Origin: Antedon mediterranea
Taxonomy: Eukaryota > Animalia > Echinodermata
Assembly: GCF_964355755.1 (NCBI RefSeq)
Contig: NC_092672.1
Coordinates: forward strand, 38,880,437 to 38,944,436
Reading direction: 5' to 3'
DNA length: 64,000 nt
The notes under the pieces were generated by a model, which was given only the letters and a program-made list of their open reading frames with translations, searched no databases and had not been told where the DNA came from. Positions within the stretch are counted from its first letter, which is position 1; each line of letters starts with the position of its first letter. A program made the position numbers and the translations under genes. Of this stretch, positions 1-13,800 are shown one piece after another.

Positions 1-3000
1 ACCAGCGTATATAGGTCAGTGGTACCTAGTTCTACCCACATATTTTAAACAGGTAAACCAGCGTATATAGGTCAGTAGTACCTAGTTCTACCCACATATT
101 TTAAACAGGTAAACCAGCGTATATAGGTCAGTAGTACCTAGTTCTACCCACATATTTTAAACAGGTAAACCAGCGTATATAGGTCAGTAGTACCTAGTTC
201 TACCCACATATTTTAAACAGGTAAACCAGCGTATATAGGTCAGTGGTACCTAGTTCTACCCACATATTTTAAACAGGTAAACCAGCGTATATAGGTCAGT
301 GGTACCTAGTTCTACCCACATATTTTAAACAGGTAAACCAGCGTATATAGGTCAGTAGTACCTAGTTCTACCCACATATTTTAAACAGGTAAACCAGCGT
401 ATATAGGTCAGTGGTACCTAGTTCTACCCACATATTTTAAACAGGTAAACCAGCGTATATAGGTCAGTAGTACCTAGTTCTACCCACATATTTTAAACAG
501 GTAAACCAGCGTATATAGGTCAGTGGTACCTAGTTCTACCCACATATTTTAAACAGGTAAACCAGCGTATATAGGTCAGTGGTACCTAGTTCTACCCACA
601 TATTTTAAACAGGTAAACCAGCGTATATAGGTCAGTAGTACCTAGTTCTACCCACATATTTTAAACAGGTAAACCAGCGTGTATAGGTCAGTGGTACCTA
701 GTTCTACCCACATATTTTAAACAGGTAAACCAGCGTATATAGGTCAGTAGTACCTAGTTCTACCCACATATTTTAAACAGGTAAACCAGCGTATATAGGT
801 CAGTGGTACCTAGTTCTACCCACATATTTTAAACAGGTAAACCAGCGTGTATAGGTCAGTAGTACCTAGTTCTACCCACATATTTTAAACAGGTAAACCA
901 GCGTATATAGGTCAGTAGTACCTAGTTCTACCTACATATTTTAAACAGGTAAACCAGCGTATATAGGTCAGTAGTACCTAGTTCTACCCACATATTTTAA
1001 ACAGGTAAACCAGCGTGTATAGGTCAGTGATACCTTCTACCCACATATTTTAAACAGGTAAACCAGCGTATATAGGTCAGTCATACCTTCTACCCACATA
1101 TTTTAAACAGGTAAACCAGCGTGTATAGGTCAGTGGTACCTAGTTCTACCCACATATTTTAAACAGGTAAACCAGCGTGTATAGGTCAGTGGTACCTAGT
1201 TCTACCCACATATTTTAAACAGGTAAACCAGCGTATATAGGTCAGTGGTACCTAGTTCTACCCACATATTTTAAACAGGTAAACCAGCGTGTATAGGTCA
1301 GTGGTACCTAGTTCTACCCACATATTTTAAACAGGTAAACCAGCGTGTATAGGTCAGTAGTACCTAGTTCTACCCACATATTTTAAACAGGTAAACCAGC
1401 GTATATAGGTCAGTAGTACCTAGTTCTACCCACATATTTTAAACAGGTAAACCAGCGTATATAGGTCAGTGGTACCTAGTTCTACCCACATATTTTAAAC
1501 AGGTAAACCAGCGTATATAGGTCAGTAGTACCTAGTTCTACCCACATATTTTAAACAGGTAAACCAGCGTATATAGGTCAGTAGTACCTAGTTCTACCCA
1601 CATATTTTAAACAGGTAAACCAGCGTATATAGGTCAGTGGTACCTAGTTCTACCCACATATTTTAAACAGGTAAACCAGCGTATATAGGTCAGTGGTACC
1701 TAGTTCTACCCACATATTTTAAACAGGTAAACCAGCGTGTATAGGTCAGTGGTACCTAGTTCTACCCACATATTTTAAACAGGTAAACCAGCGTGTATAG
1801 GTCAGTGGTACCTAGTTCTACCCACATATTTTAAACAGGTAAACCAGCGTATATAGGTCAGTAGTACCTAGTTCTACCCACATATTTTAAACAGGTAAAC
1901 CAGCGTGTATAGGTCAGTGGTACCTAGTTCTACCCACATATTTTAAACAGGTAAACCAGCGTATATAGGTCAGTGGTACCTAGTTCTACCCACATATTTT
2001 AAACAGGTAAACCAGCGTATATAGGTCAGTGGTACCTAGTTCTACCCACATATTTTAAACAGGTAAACCAGCGTGTATAGGTCAGTAGTACCTAGTTCTA
2101 CCCACATATTTTAAACAGGTAAACCAGCGTGTATAGGTCAGTGGTACCTAGTTCTACCCACATATTTTAAACAGGTAAACCAGCGTGTATAGGTCAGTGG
2201 TACCTAGTTCTACCCACATATTTTAAACAGGTAAACCAGCGTGTATAGGTCAGTGGTACCTAGTTCTACCCACATATTTTAAACAGGTAAACCAGCGTAT
2301 ATAGGTCAGTGGTACCTAGTTCTACCCACATATTTTAAACAGGTAAACCAGCGTATATAGGTCAGTGGTACCTAGTTCTACCCACATATTTTAAACAGGT
2401 AAACCAGCGTGTATAGGTCAGTGGTACCTAGTTCTACCCACATATTTTAAACAGGTAAACCAGCGTGTATAGGTCAGTGGTACCTAGTTCTACCCACATA
2501 TTTTAAACAGGTAAACCAGCGTGTATAGGTCAGTGGTACCTAGTTCTACCCACATATTTTAAACAGGTAAACCAGCGTATATAGGTCAGTGGTACCTAGT
2601 TCTACCCACATATTTTAAACAGGTAAACCAGCGTGTATAGGTCAGTAGTACCTAGTTCTACCCACATATTTTAAACAGGTAAACCAGCGTATATAGGTCA
2701 GTGGTACCTAGTTCTACCCACATATTTTAAACAGGTAAACCAGCGTGTATAGGTCAGTGGTACCTAGTTCTACCCACATATTTTAAACAGGTAAACCAGC
2801 GTGTATAGGTCAGTGGTACCTAGTTCTACCCACATATTTTAAACAGGTAAACCAGCGTGTATAGGTCAGTGGTACCTAGTTCTACCCACATATTTTAAAC
2901 AGGTAAACCAGCGTGTATAGGTCAGTAGTACCTAGTTCTACCCACATATTTTAAACAGGTAAACCAGCGTATATAGGTCAGTGGTACCTTCTACCCACAT

Positions 3001-5830
3001 ATTTTAAACAGGTAAACCAGCGTATATAGGTCAGTGGTACCTAGTTCTACCCACATATTTTAAACAGGTAAACCAGCGTATATAGGTCAGTAGTACCTAG
3101 TTCTACCCACATATTTTAAACAGGTAAACCAGCGTATATAGGTCAGTGGTACCTAGTTCTACCCACATATTTTAAACAGGTAAACCAGCGTGTATAGGTC
3201 AGTAGTACCTAGTTCTACCCACATATTTTAAACAGGTAAACCAGCGTATATAGGTCAGTGGTACCTAGTTCTACCCACATATTTTAAACAGGTAAACCAG
3301 CGTATATAGGTCAGTAGTACCTAGTTCTACCCACATATTTTAAACAGGTAAACCAGCGTATATAGGTCAGTAGTACCTAGTTCTACCCACATATTTTAAA
3401 CAGGTAAACCAGCGTGTATAGGTCAGTGGTACCTAGTTCTACCCACATATTTTAAACAGGTAAACCAGCGTATATAGGTCAGTAGTACCTTGTTCTACCC
3501 ACATATTTTAAACAGGTAAACCAGCGTATATAGGTCAGTAGTACCTAGTTCTACCCACATATTTTAAACAGGTAAACCAGCGTGTATAGGTCAGTGATAC
3601 CTTCTACCCACATATTTTAAACAGGTAAACCAGCGTGTATAGGTCAGTGATACCTTCTACCCACATATTTTAAACAGGTAAACCAGCGTGTATAGGTCAG
3701 TGGTACCTAGTTCTACCCACATATTTTAAACAGGTAAACCAGCGTGTATAGGTCAGTGGTACCTAGTTCTACCCACATATTTTAAACAGGTAAACCAGCG
3801 TATATAGGTCAGTGGTACCTAGTTCTACCCACATATTTTAAACAGGTAAACCAGCGTGTATAGGTCAGTGGTACCTAGTTCTACCCACATATTTTAAACA
3901 GGTAAACCAGCGTGTATAGGTCAGTGGTACCTAGTTCTACCCACATATTTTAAACAGGTAAACCAGCGTGTATAGGTCAGTAGTACCTAGTTCTACCCAC
4001 ATATTTTAAACAGGTAAACCAGCGTGTATAGGTCAGTAGTACCTAGTTCTACCCACATATTTTAAACAGGTAAACCAGCGTATATAGGTCAGTAGTACCT
4101 AGTTCTACCCACATATTTTAAACAGGTAAACCAGCGTATATAGGTCAGTGGTACCTAGTTCTACCCACATATTTTAAACAGGTAAACCAGCGTGTATAGG
4201 TCAGTAGTACCTAGTTCTACCCACATATTTTAAACAGGTAAACCAGCGTGTATAGGTCAGTGGTACCTAGTTCTACCCACATATTTTAAACAGGTAAACC
4301 AGCGTATATAGGTCAGTGGTACCTAGTTCTACCCACATATTTTAAACAGGTAAACCAGCGTATATAGGTCAGTAGTACCTAGTTCTACCCACATATTTTA
4401 AACAGGTAAACCAGCGTGTATAGGTCAGTAGTACCTAGTTCTACCCACATATTTTAAACAGGTAAACCAGCGTGTATAGGTCAGTGGTACCTAGTTCTAC
4501 CCACATATTTTAAACAGGTAAACCAGCGTATATAGGTCAGTAGTACCTAGTTCTACCCACATATTTTAAACAGGTAAACCAGCGTATATAGGTCAGTAGT
4601 ACCTAGTTCTACCCACATATTTTAAACAGGTAAACCAGCGTATATAGGTCAGTGGTACCTAGTTCTACCCACATATTTTAAACAGGTAAACCAGCGTGTA
4701 TAGGTCAGTGGTACCTAGTTCTACCCACATATTTTAAACAGGTAAACCAGCGTATATAGGTCAGTAGTACCTAGTTCTACCCACATATTTTAAACAGGTA
4801 AACCAGCGTGTATAGGTCAGTGGTACCTAGTTCTACCCACATATTTTAAACAGGTAAACCAGCGTATATAGGTCAGTGGTACCTAGTTCTACCCACATAT
4901 TTTAAACAGGTAAACCAGCGTATATAGGTCAGTGGTACCTAGTTCTACCCACATATTTTAAACAGGTAAACCAGCGTGTATAGGTCAGTAGTACCTAGTT
5001 CTACCCACATATTTTAAACAGGTAAACCAGCGTATATAGGTCAGTGGTACCTAGTTCTACCCACATATTTTAAACAGGTAAACCAGCGTATATAGGTCAG
5101 TCATACCTTCTACCCACATATTTTAAACAGGTAAACCAGCGTGTATAGGTCAGTGGTACCTAGTTCTACCCACATATTTTAAACAGGTAAACCAGCGTGT
5201 ATAGGTCAGTGGTACCTAGTTCTACCCACATATTTTAAACAGGTAAACCAGCGTATATAGGTCAGTAGTACCTAGTTCTACCCACATATTTTAAACAGGT
5301 AAACCAGCGTATATAGGTCAGTGGTACCTAGTTCTACCCACATATTTTAAACAGGTAAACCAGCGTATATAGGTCAGTAGTACCTAGTTCTACCCACATA
5401 TTTTAAACAGGTAAACCAGCGTATATAGGTCAGTAGTACCTAGTTCTACCCACATATTTTAAACAGGTAAACCAGCGTATATAGGTCAGTGGTACCTAGT
5501 TCTACCCACATTTTTTAAACAGGTAAACCAGCGTATATAGGTCAGTAGTACCTAGTTCTACCCACATATTTTAAACAGGTAAACCAGCGTGTATAGGTCA
5601 GTGGTACCTAGTTCTACCCACATATTTTAAACAGGTAAACCAGCGTATATAGGTCAGTGATACCTTCTACCCACATATTTTAAACAGGTAAACCAGCGTA
5701 TATAGGTCAGTCATACCTTCTACCCACATATTTTAAACAGGTAAACCAGCGTATATAGGTCAGTGATACCTTCTACCCACATATTTTAAACAGGTAAACC
5801 AGCGTATATAGATCAGTGATACCTTCTACT
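1..5830. repeat. 56-bp minisatellite (~104 copies, runs off window start) inside a ZW10 intron
   Basis: Unit ACCAGCGTATATAGGTCAGTGGTACCTAGTTCTACCCACATATTTTAAACAGGTAA recurs at 1, 57, 113...; two A/G polymorphic sites and an occasional 52-bp variant; contains TTTAAACAG|GTAAAC. Confidence 0.98.
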
Positions 5831-5961
5831 CCGGGACCGCGACAGAACGAGAACGGATGGGGACCCTCCAAAGAAATTGCATTTTATTTGTCAGGCATTT
5901 GTATGATTTGTTTTCTATTTTTTTAAATGTGCCTTGAGCACTCTTGAGTGCTATAAAAATC

Positions 5962-6542
5962 TTATTATTATTACCTCCGCCAAGGAGGTTATGTTTTCAC
6001 CCCTGTATGTTTGTGTGTGTGTCTGTGAACAGCCTGGAGGCCACAGTTTTTATCCGATTCTAACCAAATTTGGACACAATGATCTATGCCCAAAAAGCTC
6101 GGACGAGTTTGAATTTGAGGGGGAAAGGTCATAGGTCAAGGTCACAACTAACAAAAAACTATTTTACTGCCTAGAGACCACAGTTTTGATCCGATTCTCA
6201 CCAAACTTAGCCACAATGATCAATGACACATCATATAATTGTGGTTAAATTTTGAAGGGTCAGGGTCAAAGATCAAGGTCCACAAAAAAAAAAAATAAAT
6301 AAATAAAAAAATAATTAAAAAAAAAAACCCTCAGTGGGACTTGAACCAGCGATCTCAACTGTGAGAGGCTGGATACAAAACCATTACACCACACTGTCAT
6401 CCACAACTTTGTAGTGTGCAGTTAACATATTTACACTTAGAACTAATAAAAAAAAATGTAAAAAAAAAAATATTCAGGGGGCATTTTATGTAGGGGAATT
6501 TTACAGTAGGCGGAGGTTTGTACTCTCGGAGTACCCTCTAGT
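5962..6542 (+). mobile_element. Non-autonomous Helentron/Helitron2-like element
   Basis: Subterminal inverted repeat ACCTCCGCC (5973-5981)/GGCGGAGGT (6509-6517), (GT)n tract, 3' hairpin GTACTC-TCG-GAGTAC, CTAG end at 6538-6541; internal tRNA-like segment on - strand at 6329-6398. Confidence 0.65.
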
Positions 6543-6602
6543 TATTATTATATTTCATTCATTAAAATGTGAACTAACAGTACATAAAATTGGTATTTTC
6601 AG

Positions 6603-9600
6603 GTGTTACATCAATTAAATCATTTGCATGCTGTGTGGTCAGATGTTTTACCACCCAGTGTGTTCACTAAGGCTATAGGGACACTCGTTAATACAGTGTT
6701 TCAACACGTCATTGACAAGCTAGTAAGCTTAGAGGTTAGTATACAGTAGTATATGCCATTGTAGTGTGGACAAATCCTGGCTACAGACTTGTGTGGGAAT
6801 GTAACTCTAGTTTAGGAATTTATAGGAATAAGAATGTAGTAATAAAAAAGAAACAAATTGAATTAAAATAATGTTTACATTGGCAGGATATATCAACCAA
6901 TGATGCAAACCAACTGCATGCCTTGATGACAATGTTAATAATGTTTACATTGGCAGGATATATCAACCAATGATGCATGCAAACCAACTGCATGCCTTGA
7001 TGACAATGCTAATAATGTTAATAATGTTAATAATGTTTACATTGGCAGGATATATCAACCAATGATGCATGCAAACCAACTGCATGCCTTGATGACAATG
7101 TTAATAATGTTAATAATGTTTACATTGGCAGGATATATCAACCAATGATGCATGCAAACCAACTGCATGCCTTGATGACAATGCTAATAATGTTAATAAT
7201 GTTTACATTGGCAGGATATATCAACCAATGATGCATGCAAACCAACTGCATGCCTTGATGACAATGTTAATAATGTTAATAATGTTTACATTGGCAGGAT
7301 ATATCAACCAATGATGCAAACCAACTGCATGCCTTGATGATAATGTTAATAATGTTTACATTGGCAGGATATATCAACCAATGATGCAAACCAACTGCAT
7401 GCCTTGATGACAATGTTAATAATGTTAATAATGTTTACATTGGCAGGATATATCAACCAATGATGCAAACCAACTGCATGCCTTGATGACAATGCTAATA
7501 GAAGGAACGCCAGAAACATTACAGCCAAAGAACAACCAGGTAATTATAAAATGTATAATTTCAAAAGGCTCAATCAATTATTTTTAATAATTATTATTAT
7601 TTAATGTCCTTTACTGTTTTCAGTCTAGTATTGTGTGGGAGTAGATTATTTAGCTATTTTGAATTGAAGTTAAGAAATGTGACCCACACAATTACAAATC
7701 TGTTTCTATTAATTTATTGTAAGGTCTTGGTAGCAACAGTTGTACCTCATTGGGCCACATTTGAAGAACTCATGTTTATCCTGGAGGCAAGTCTTCAGGG
7801 AATAGTTGACCGATGGGTGGATGGAAAGGTAATACATACATATAATATTCATATACATCTATAGTCTCTGGACTCGCATCTATTTAAAGTCACACAATCA
7901 TTCAGTAATGAGTGATTACCCTGATGGACTGGATCATCACGGGAAAAGAGGGAAAGCACCAGGTATCTGGCTGTAGAGAAGATTGTATCATCTTGGTCGA
8001 TGGTTGACCAGTCTCTGGCTATTTAAGGTCCAGTGTACACAATCATTCAGTGTTGAGTGATTACCCTGATGTACTTGATCATCACGGGAAAAGAGGGAAA
8101 GCACAAGGTATTTGGCTGTAGAGAAGGTTACATCATCTTGGTCTGGTGGTTGACCAGTCTCTGGCTATTTAAGGTCCAGTGTACACAATCATTCAGTGTT
8201 GAGTGATTACCCTGATGTACTTGATCATCACGGGAAAAGAGGGAAAGCACAAGGTATTTGGCTGTAGAGAAGGTTACATCATCTTGGTCTGGTGGTTGAC
8301 CAGTCTCTGGCTATTTAAGGTCCAGTGTACACAATCATTCAGTGTTGAGTGATTACCCTGATGTACTGGATCATCACGGGAAAAGAGGGAAAGCACCAGG
8401 TATCTGGCTGTAGAGAAGGTTACATCATCTTGGTCTGATGGTTGACCAATCTCTGGCTATTTAAGGTCCAGTGTACACAATCATTCAGTGTTGAGTGATT
8501 ACCCTGATGGACTGGATCATCACTGGAAAAGAGGGAAAGCACCAGGTATCTGGCTGTAGAGAAGATTGTATCATCTTGGTCGATGGTTGACCAGTCTCTG
8601 GCTATTTAAGGTCCAGTGTACACAATCATTCAGTGTTGAGTGATTACCCTGATGTACTTGATCATCACGGGAAAAGAGGGAAAGCACAAGGTATTTGGCT
8701 GTAGAGAAGGTTACATCATCTTGGTCTGGTGGTTGACCAGTCTCTGGCTATTTAAGGTCCAGTGTACACAATCATTCAGTGTTGAGTGATTACCCTGATG
8801 TACTGGATCATCACGGGAAAAGAGGGAAAGCACCAGGTATCTGGCTGTAGAGAAGGTTACATCATCTTGGTCTGATGGTTGACCAGTCTCTGGCTATTTA
8901 AGGTCCAGTGTACACAATCATTCAGTGTTGAGTGATTACCCTGATGTACTGGATCATCACGGGAAAAGAGGGAAAGCACCAGGTATTTGGCTGTAGAGAA
9001 GGTTACATCATCTTGGTCTGGTGGTTGACCAATCTCTGGCTATTTAAGGTCCAGTGTACACAGTCATTCAGTGTTGAGTGATTACCCTGATGTACTGGAT
9101 CATCATGGGAAAAGCACCAGGTATCTGGCTGTAGAGAAGGTTACATCATCTTGGTCTGGTGGTTAACCAATCTCTGGCTATTTAAGGTCCAGTGTACACA
9201 ATCATTCAGTGTTTAGTGATTACCCTGATGTACTGGATCATCATGGGAAAAGCACCAGGTATTTGGCTGTAGAGAAGGTTACATCATCTTGGTCTGGTGG
9301 TTGACCAGTCTCTGGCTATTTAAGGTCCAGTGTACACAATTAATCATTCAGTGTTGAGTGATTACCCTGATGTACTTGATCATCACGGGAAAAGAGGGAA
9401 AGCACCAGGTATCTGGCTGTAGAGAAGGTTACATCATCTTGGTCTGATGGTTGACCAGTCTCTGGCTATTTAAGGTCCAGTGTACACAATCATTCAGTGT
9501 TGAGTGATTACCCTGATGTACTGGATTATCACGGGAAAAGAGGGAAAGCACCAGGTATCTGGCTGTAGAGAAGGTTACATCATCTTGGTCTGATGGTTGA

Positions 9601-10504
9601 CCAATCTCTGGCTATTTAAGGTCCAGTGTACACAGTCATTCAGTGTTGAGTGATTACCCTGATGTACTGGATCATCATGGGAAAAGCACCAGGTATCTGG
9701 CTGTAGAGAAGGTTACATCATCTTGGTCTGGTGGTTAACCAATCTCTGGCTATTTAAGGTCCAGTGTACACAGTCATTCAGTGTTGAGTGATTACCCTGA
9801 TGTACTTGATCATCATGGGAAAAGCACCAGGTATCTGGCTGTAGAGAAGATTGTATCATCTTGGTCTGATGGTTGACCAGTCTCTGGCTATTTAAGGTCC
9901 AGTGTACACAATCATTCAGTGTTGAGTGATTACCCTGATGTACTGGATCATCACGGGAAAAGAGGGAAAGCACCAGGTATCTGGCTGTAGAGAAGGTTAC
10001 ATCATCTTGGTCTGGTGGTTGACCAGTCTCTGGCTATTTAAGGTCCAGTGTACACAATCATTCAGTGTTGAGTGATTACCCTGATGTACTGGATCATCAC
10101 GGGAAAACACCAGGAATCTGGCTGTAGAGAAGGTTACATCATCTTGGTCTGGTGGTTGACCAGTCTCTGGCTATTTAAGGTCCAGTGTACACAATCATTC
10201 AGTGTTGAGTGATTAACCTGATGTACTGGAAGAGAATTGTAGAGAAGATTGCATAGTATCCATTTTAATGGATTTGTTGAATCTCAAACGTTCTGAAGTT
10301 TCTTGGTTTCCACTTACAACATGACCACTTTGAAGCCTTATTTAGATTTTAACATTGTTGTTCATATTATCAAATTGTTGTTGTTTGTTTTTGCAGGGCC
10401 CATTAGCAGTGGTGTTCCAACCAAACGAAGTAAAAAGCTTAATAAGAGCACTATTCAAGAATACAGATAGAAGAGCTAATGCATTAACTAAGATAAGACT
10501 TTGA
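6603..10504 (+). CDS. ZW10: Centromere/kinetochore protein ZW10, last four coding exons: 6603-6734, 7447-7539, 7724-7828, 10397-10504
   Basis: GT-AG, all phase 0; splice gives [32 protein letters not shown]../..[62 protein letters not shown], matching the recalled ZW10 C-terminus; AATAAA at 10781. Confidence 0.93.
6869..7500 (+). repeat. 70-91 bp tandem repeat (8 copies) spanning a ZW10 splice acceptor and 5' half of the exon
   Basis: AATGTTTACATTGGCAG|GATATATCAACC with AG ending at 6886, 6956, 7047, 7131, 7214, 7297, 7367, 7446. Confidence 0.95.
7890..10230. repeat. 146-bp minisatellite (~16 copies) in last ZW10 intron
   Basis: AATCATTCAG anchor at 8041, 8187, 8333...; some units lack AGAGGGAA. 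Confidence 0.95.
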
Positions 10505-10884
10505 GATTACATAGCACTAACTGATGTAGATAGTAGAGTCAATGCATAACTAATATAAGACTTTGACAATACTATTCATTTGTACTAATATTTATTGCAA
10601 GTAAAACCTTCCGTTCATTGTCAATAATGCAAGCATGGCAAAATGTGTGCCTGTGCCTATGCACTACCAATACAAGTGCAGGTGCATTTCATTTGAGCAT
10701 TTTAGTAAATTTTATTGTATTTATGGGTTCAAATGGTTTGTACAATGTTATAAATCATTTGCATATTAAAACAAATATTTAATAAAGGTGACTTCAATTT
10801 TCCGTAAAATCTGATCAGAAAGTCAGTATTGAATCTAGATGTTGCTGAATTGGTATCTTTAAATTAGATTCTTGAACAATATAT

Positions 10885-13800
10885 TCACGTTCTTGTTTCA
10901 GTGTATATAAATAGAATGTCCTCATCAGTCCCATGTGCCTTTCGTGCTTCATCAAAATTGTCAAATTTACTGTGAAACATGCCTGTGAGTGTGAACAAAA
11001 CAAAGAACATTTATATTGATAAGATTGATACCATAACTACCATAATGAAAATAAACCAAATTCAGTACTAATACTCAAATCATAAATTGGAGGTACTTTA
11101 TCCTGAAAGGTAATGAATTGTAGGTACTTTACCCTAAAATCCTGGGTCTCTATATGTAATGAATTGTAGGTACTTTACCCTGAAATCCTGGGTCTCTATA
11201 TGTAATGAATTGGAGGTACTTTACCTTGACATCCTGGGTCTCTATATGTAATGAATTGGAGGTACTTTACCCTGAAATCCTGGGTCTCTATATGTAATGA
11301 ATTGGAGGTACTTTACCCTGAAATCCTGGGTCTCTATATGTAATGAATTGTAGGTACTTTACCTTGACATCCTGGGTCTCTATATGTAATGAATTGGAGG
11401 TACTTTACCCTGAAATCCTGGGTCTCTATATGTAATGAATTGGAGGTACTTTACCCTGAAATCCTGGGTCTCTATATGTAATGAATTGGAGGTACTTTAC
11501 CTTGACATCCTGGGTCTCTATATGTAATGAATTCATTGTCAAGATTATAACCACAAACAACTATGAAATGTCCTGTATAACAAAAGATGATGAATCATAG
11601 TGAAAAGGAATGTAGTTATTCAGTTTCACTTTATTGTATCCCCCATGGTTGCTGCTTATCAATGCTTTTCCTATCTACTATTTGCATACAGTAGTTTTAA
11701 TTAATTTAGTCTTGTTACAACCATTTCATATTATAAGCGGCAAGACATTTTTTGTTATCTTATTAATTCCTACCTTGATACTGATTTTGAGTTCCTTCAT
11801 TTCTTATTATCTCATTGGTAGAATTTGTGGTTAACTCCGACTAAACAAGTAAAAAACAAACACATGGTTTTATTATGAATAAACTAATTAACAACTTGTT
11901 GGGACCAGGGTGTGGTTTGGTATATATTTTGGTTCTGGTATACTTACATCATGATGTTCCAAAATGTTGGAATCAACTAAAATTATGATGACATTACCAG
12001 CTTTGAGATGTTTTATAATTTCCCCAATATCAACAGATCTAGAAGTAACATTTCAAACATTTTAAATATTTGAATTCAATCAAATTTGGTCTTCAAAGTG
12101 TATAGCTAGCATGATAATTTATCAAATTGAAACAAATAATAGTGATACTCTTACCTCTTCTTTATACGCATTCCAAGACTGGCTGCCTCTTTAAATAAAG
12201 TGTTTATTCGCTTTTCTTCGTATGAGAATGATTTGTTTTGGTAGAAAGCCTGCATAAAGAAGGAATGGATTTAATCATTTACTACCTAGTATATATTAAA
12301 GATAACATAACAATGAGAACAGAACACAAAGTTTGAGAGATAATAAATAGAGTTTGCTTTAAATGCCTTCCATCAAGCTAGCTTCATCTCCAGAAATAAA
12401 TATGATTTTTGGGGGAAAAAATCTAATTAATGTATTACTTGTAACAACAATGAAATCTAGTAGTGATCCCAAAAATTCCTTAACTTAATTTTAGTTAACA
12501 TCTCCCCCCCCCCTTTTTTTAATAGAAGGACCCCACTGTTAATATACACATGGTAATATACCAAGGACCCCACTGTTAATATACACATGGTAATATACCA
12601 AGGACCCCACTGTTAATATACACATGGTAATATACCATAAATATTCACTGAATAGTAGTTTTGTATTGTACTAAATGAATAGTTGTGTAATCATGCTATT
12701 ACTTTATACTTGCCTCTGTTTCATAGGTATGATCAACACCCAGTGTTTGTGTGCACATCAGGTGATCAATGTTATATTCATTGAAAATACTGGCAATGTC
12801 TATAGTCCATACACTAAGAAATAATTTTGAGTTAAAAGAAAGGATTAATAAACTTTATGTTAGTTGGTGTGGTAGTATCAACTATGTCATTTTACAATAA
12901 TTTATAACTTGTTAACTGTCTGGTTTATTACTTGCTGTAAACAATGTGTGCTTTTGAAATGTTTAAAACTCATCCAACCTGGTGTCAAAGCCAAGTTGCT
13001 TACAGACAGATGCAAACTTGTCCTCTTCAAAACTACTTGCATTCAAATATCTAAAAATAATATATTATAAGCAACTGTTTAACTCCTTTAATTTTGTAAG
13101 TTTTAGTAGCTAATTATTAAATTTTTTCCATCATTGACGACATTAAGAATGTCATATTTTATGTGTGAATGTTGTCTAACTTACTGTAAGACCATTTTAC
13201 TACATGCAATTCCACAATCCCAATCTTTCTCTTGTAAAACGAGTGGTACATGATGGCATATACAACCTAAAGAACAGAATACACATACTATACAATATGT
13301 GGGTCAGTGTACAACAGGGTCTGTACCAATGGCCCAATCTTTCTCTTGTAAAACGAGTGGTACATGATGGCATATACAACCTAAAGAACAGAATACACAT
13401 ACTATACAATATGTGGGTCAGTGTACAACAGGGTCTGTACCAATGGCCCAATCTTTCTCTTGTAAAACGAGTGGTACATGATGGCATATACAACCTAAAG
13501 AACAGAATACACATACTATACAATATGTGGGTCAGTGTACAACAGGGTCTGTACCAATGGCCCAATCTTTCTCTTGTAAAACGAGTGGTACATGATGGCA
13601 TATACAACCTAAAGAACAGAATACACATACTATACAATATGTGGGTCAGTGTACAACAGGGTCTGTACCAATGGCCCAATCTTTCTCTTGTAAAACGAGT
13701 GGTACATGATGGCATATACAACCTAAAGAACAATACACATACTATACAATATGTGGGTCAGTGTACAACAGGGTCTGTACCAATGGCCTAATCTTTCTCT

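Noticed and set aside
7346-7528. Minus-strand ORF with signal-peptide-like start
   Set aside because: Antisense reading of the ZW10 exon and its repeat.
7920-7950. CTGATG..GAAA in the 146-bp repeat as a hammerhead
   Set aside because: Lacks the CUGANGA core; only a simple hairpin.
10815-11003. 62-aa ORF as the last GUCD1 exon frame
   Set aside because: Wrong frame; the conserved GTDEDILF is in another frame ending at 10885.
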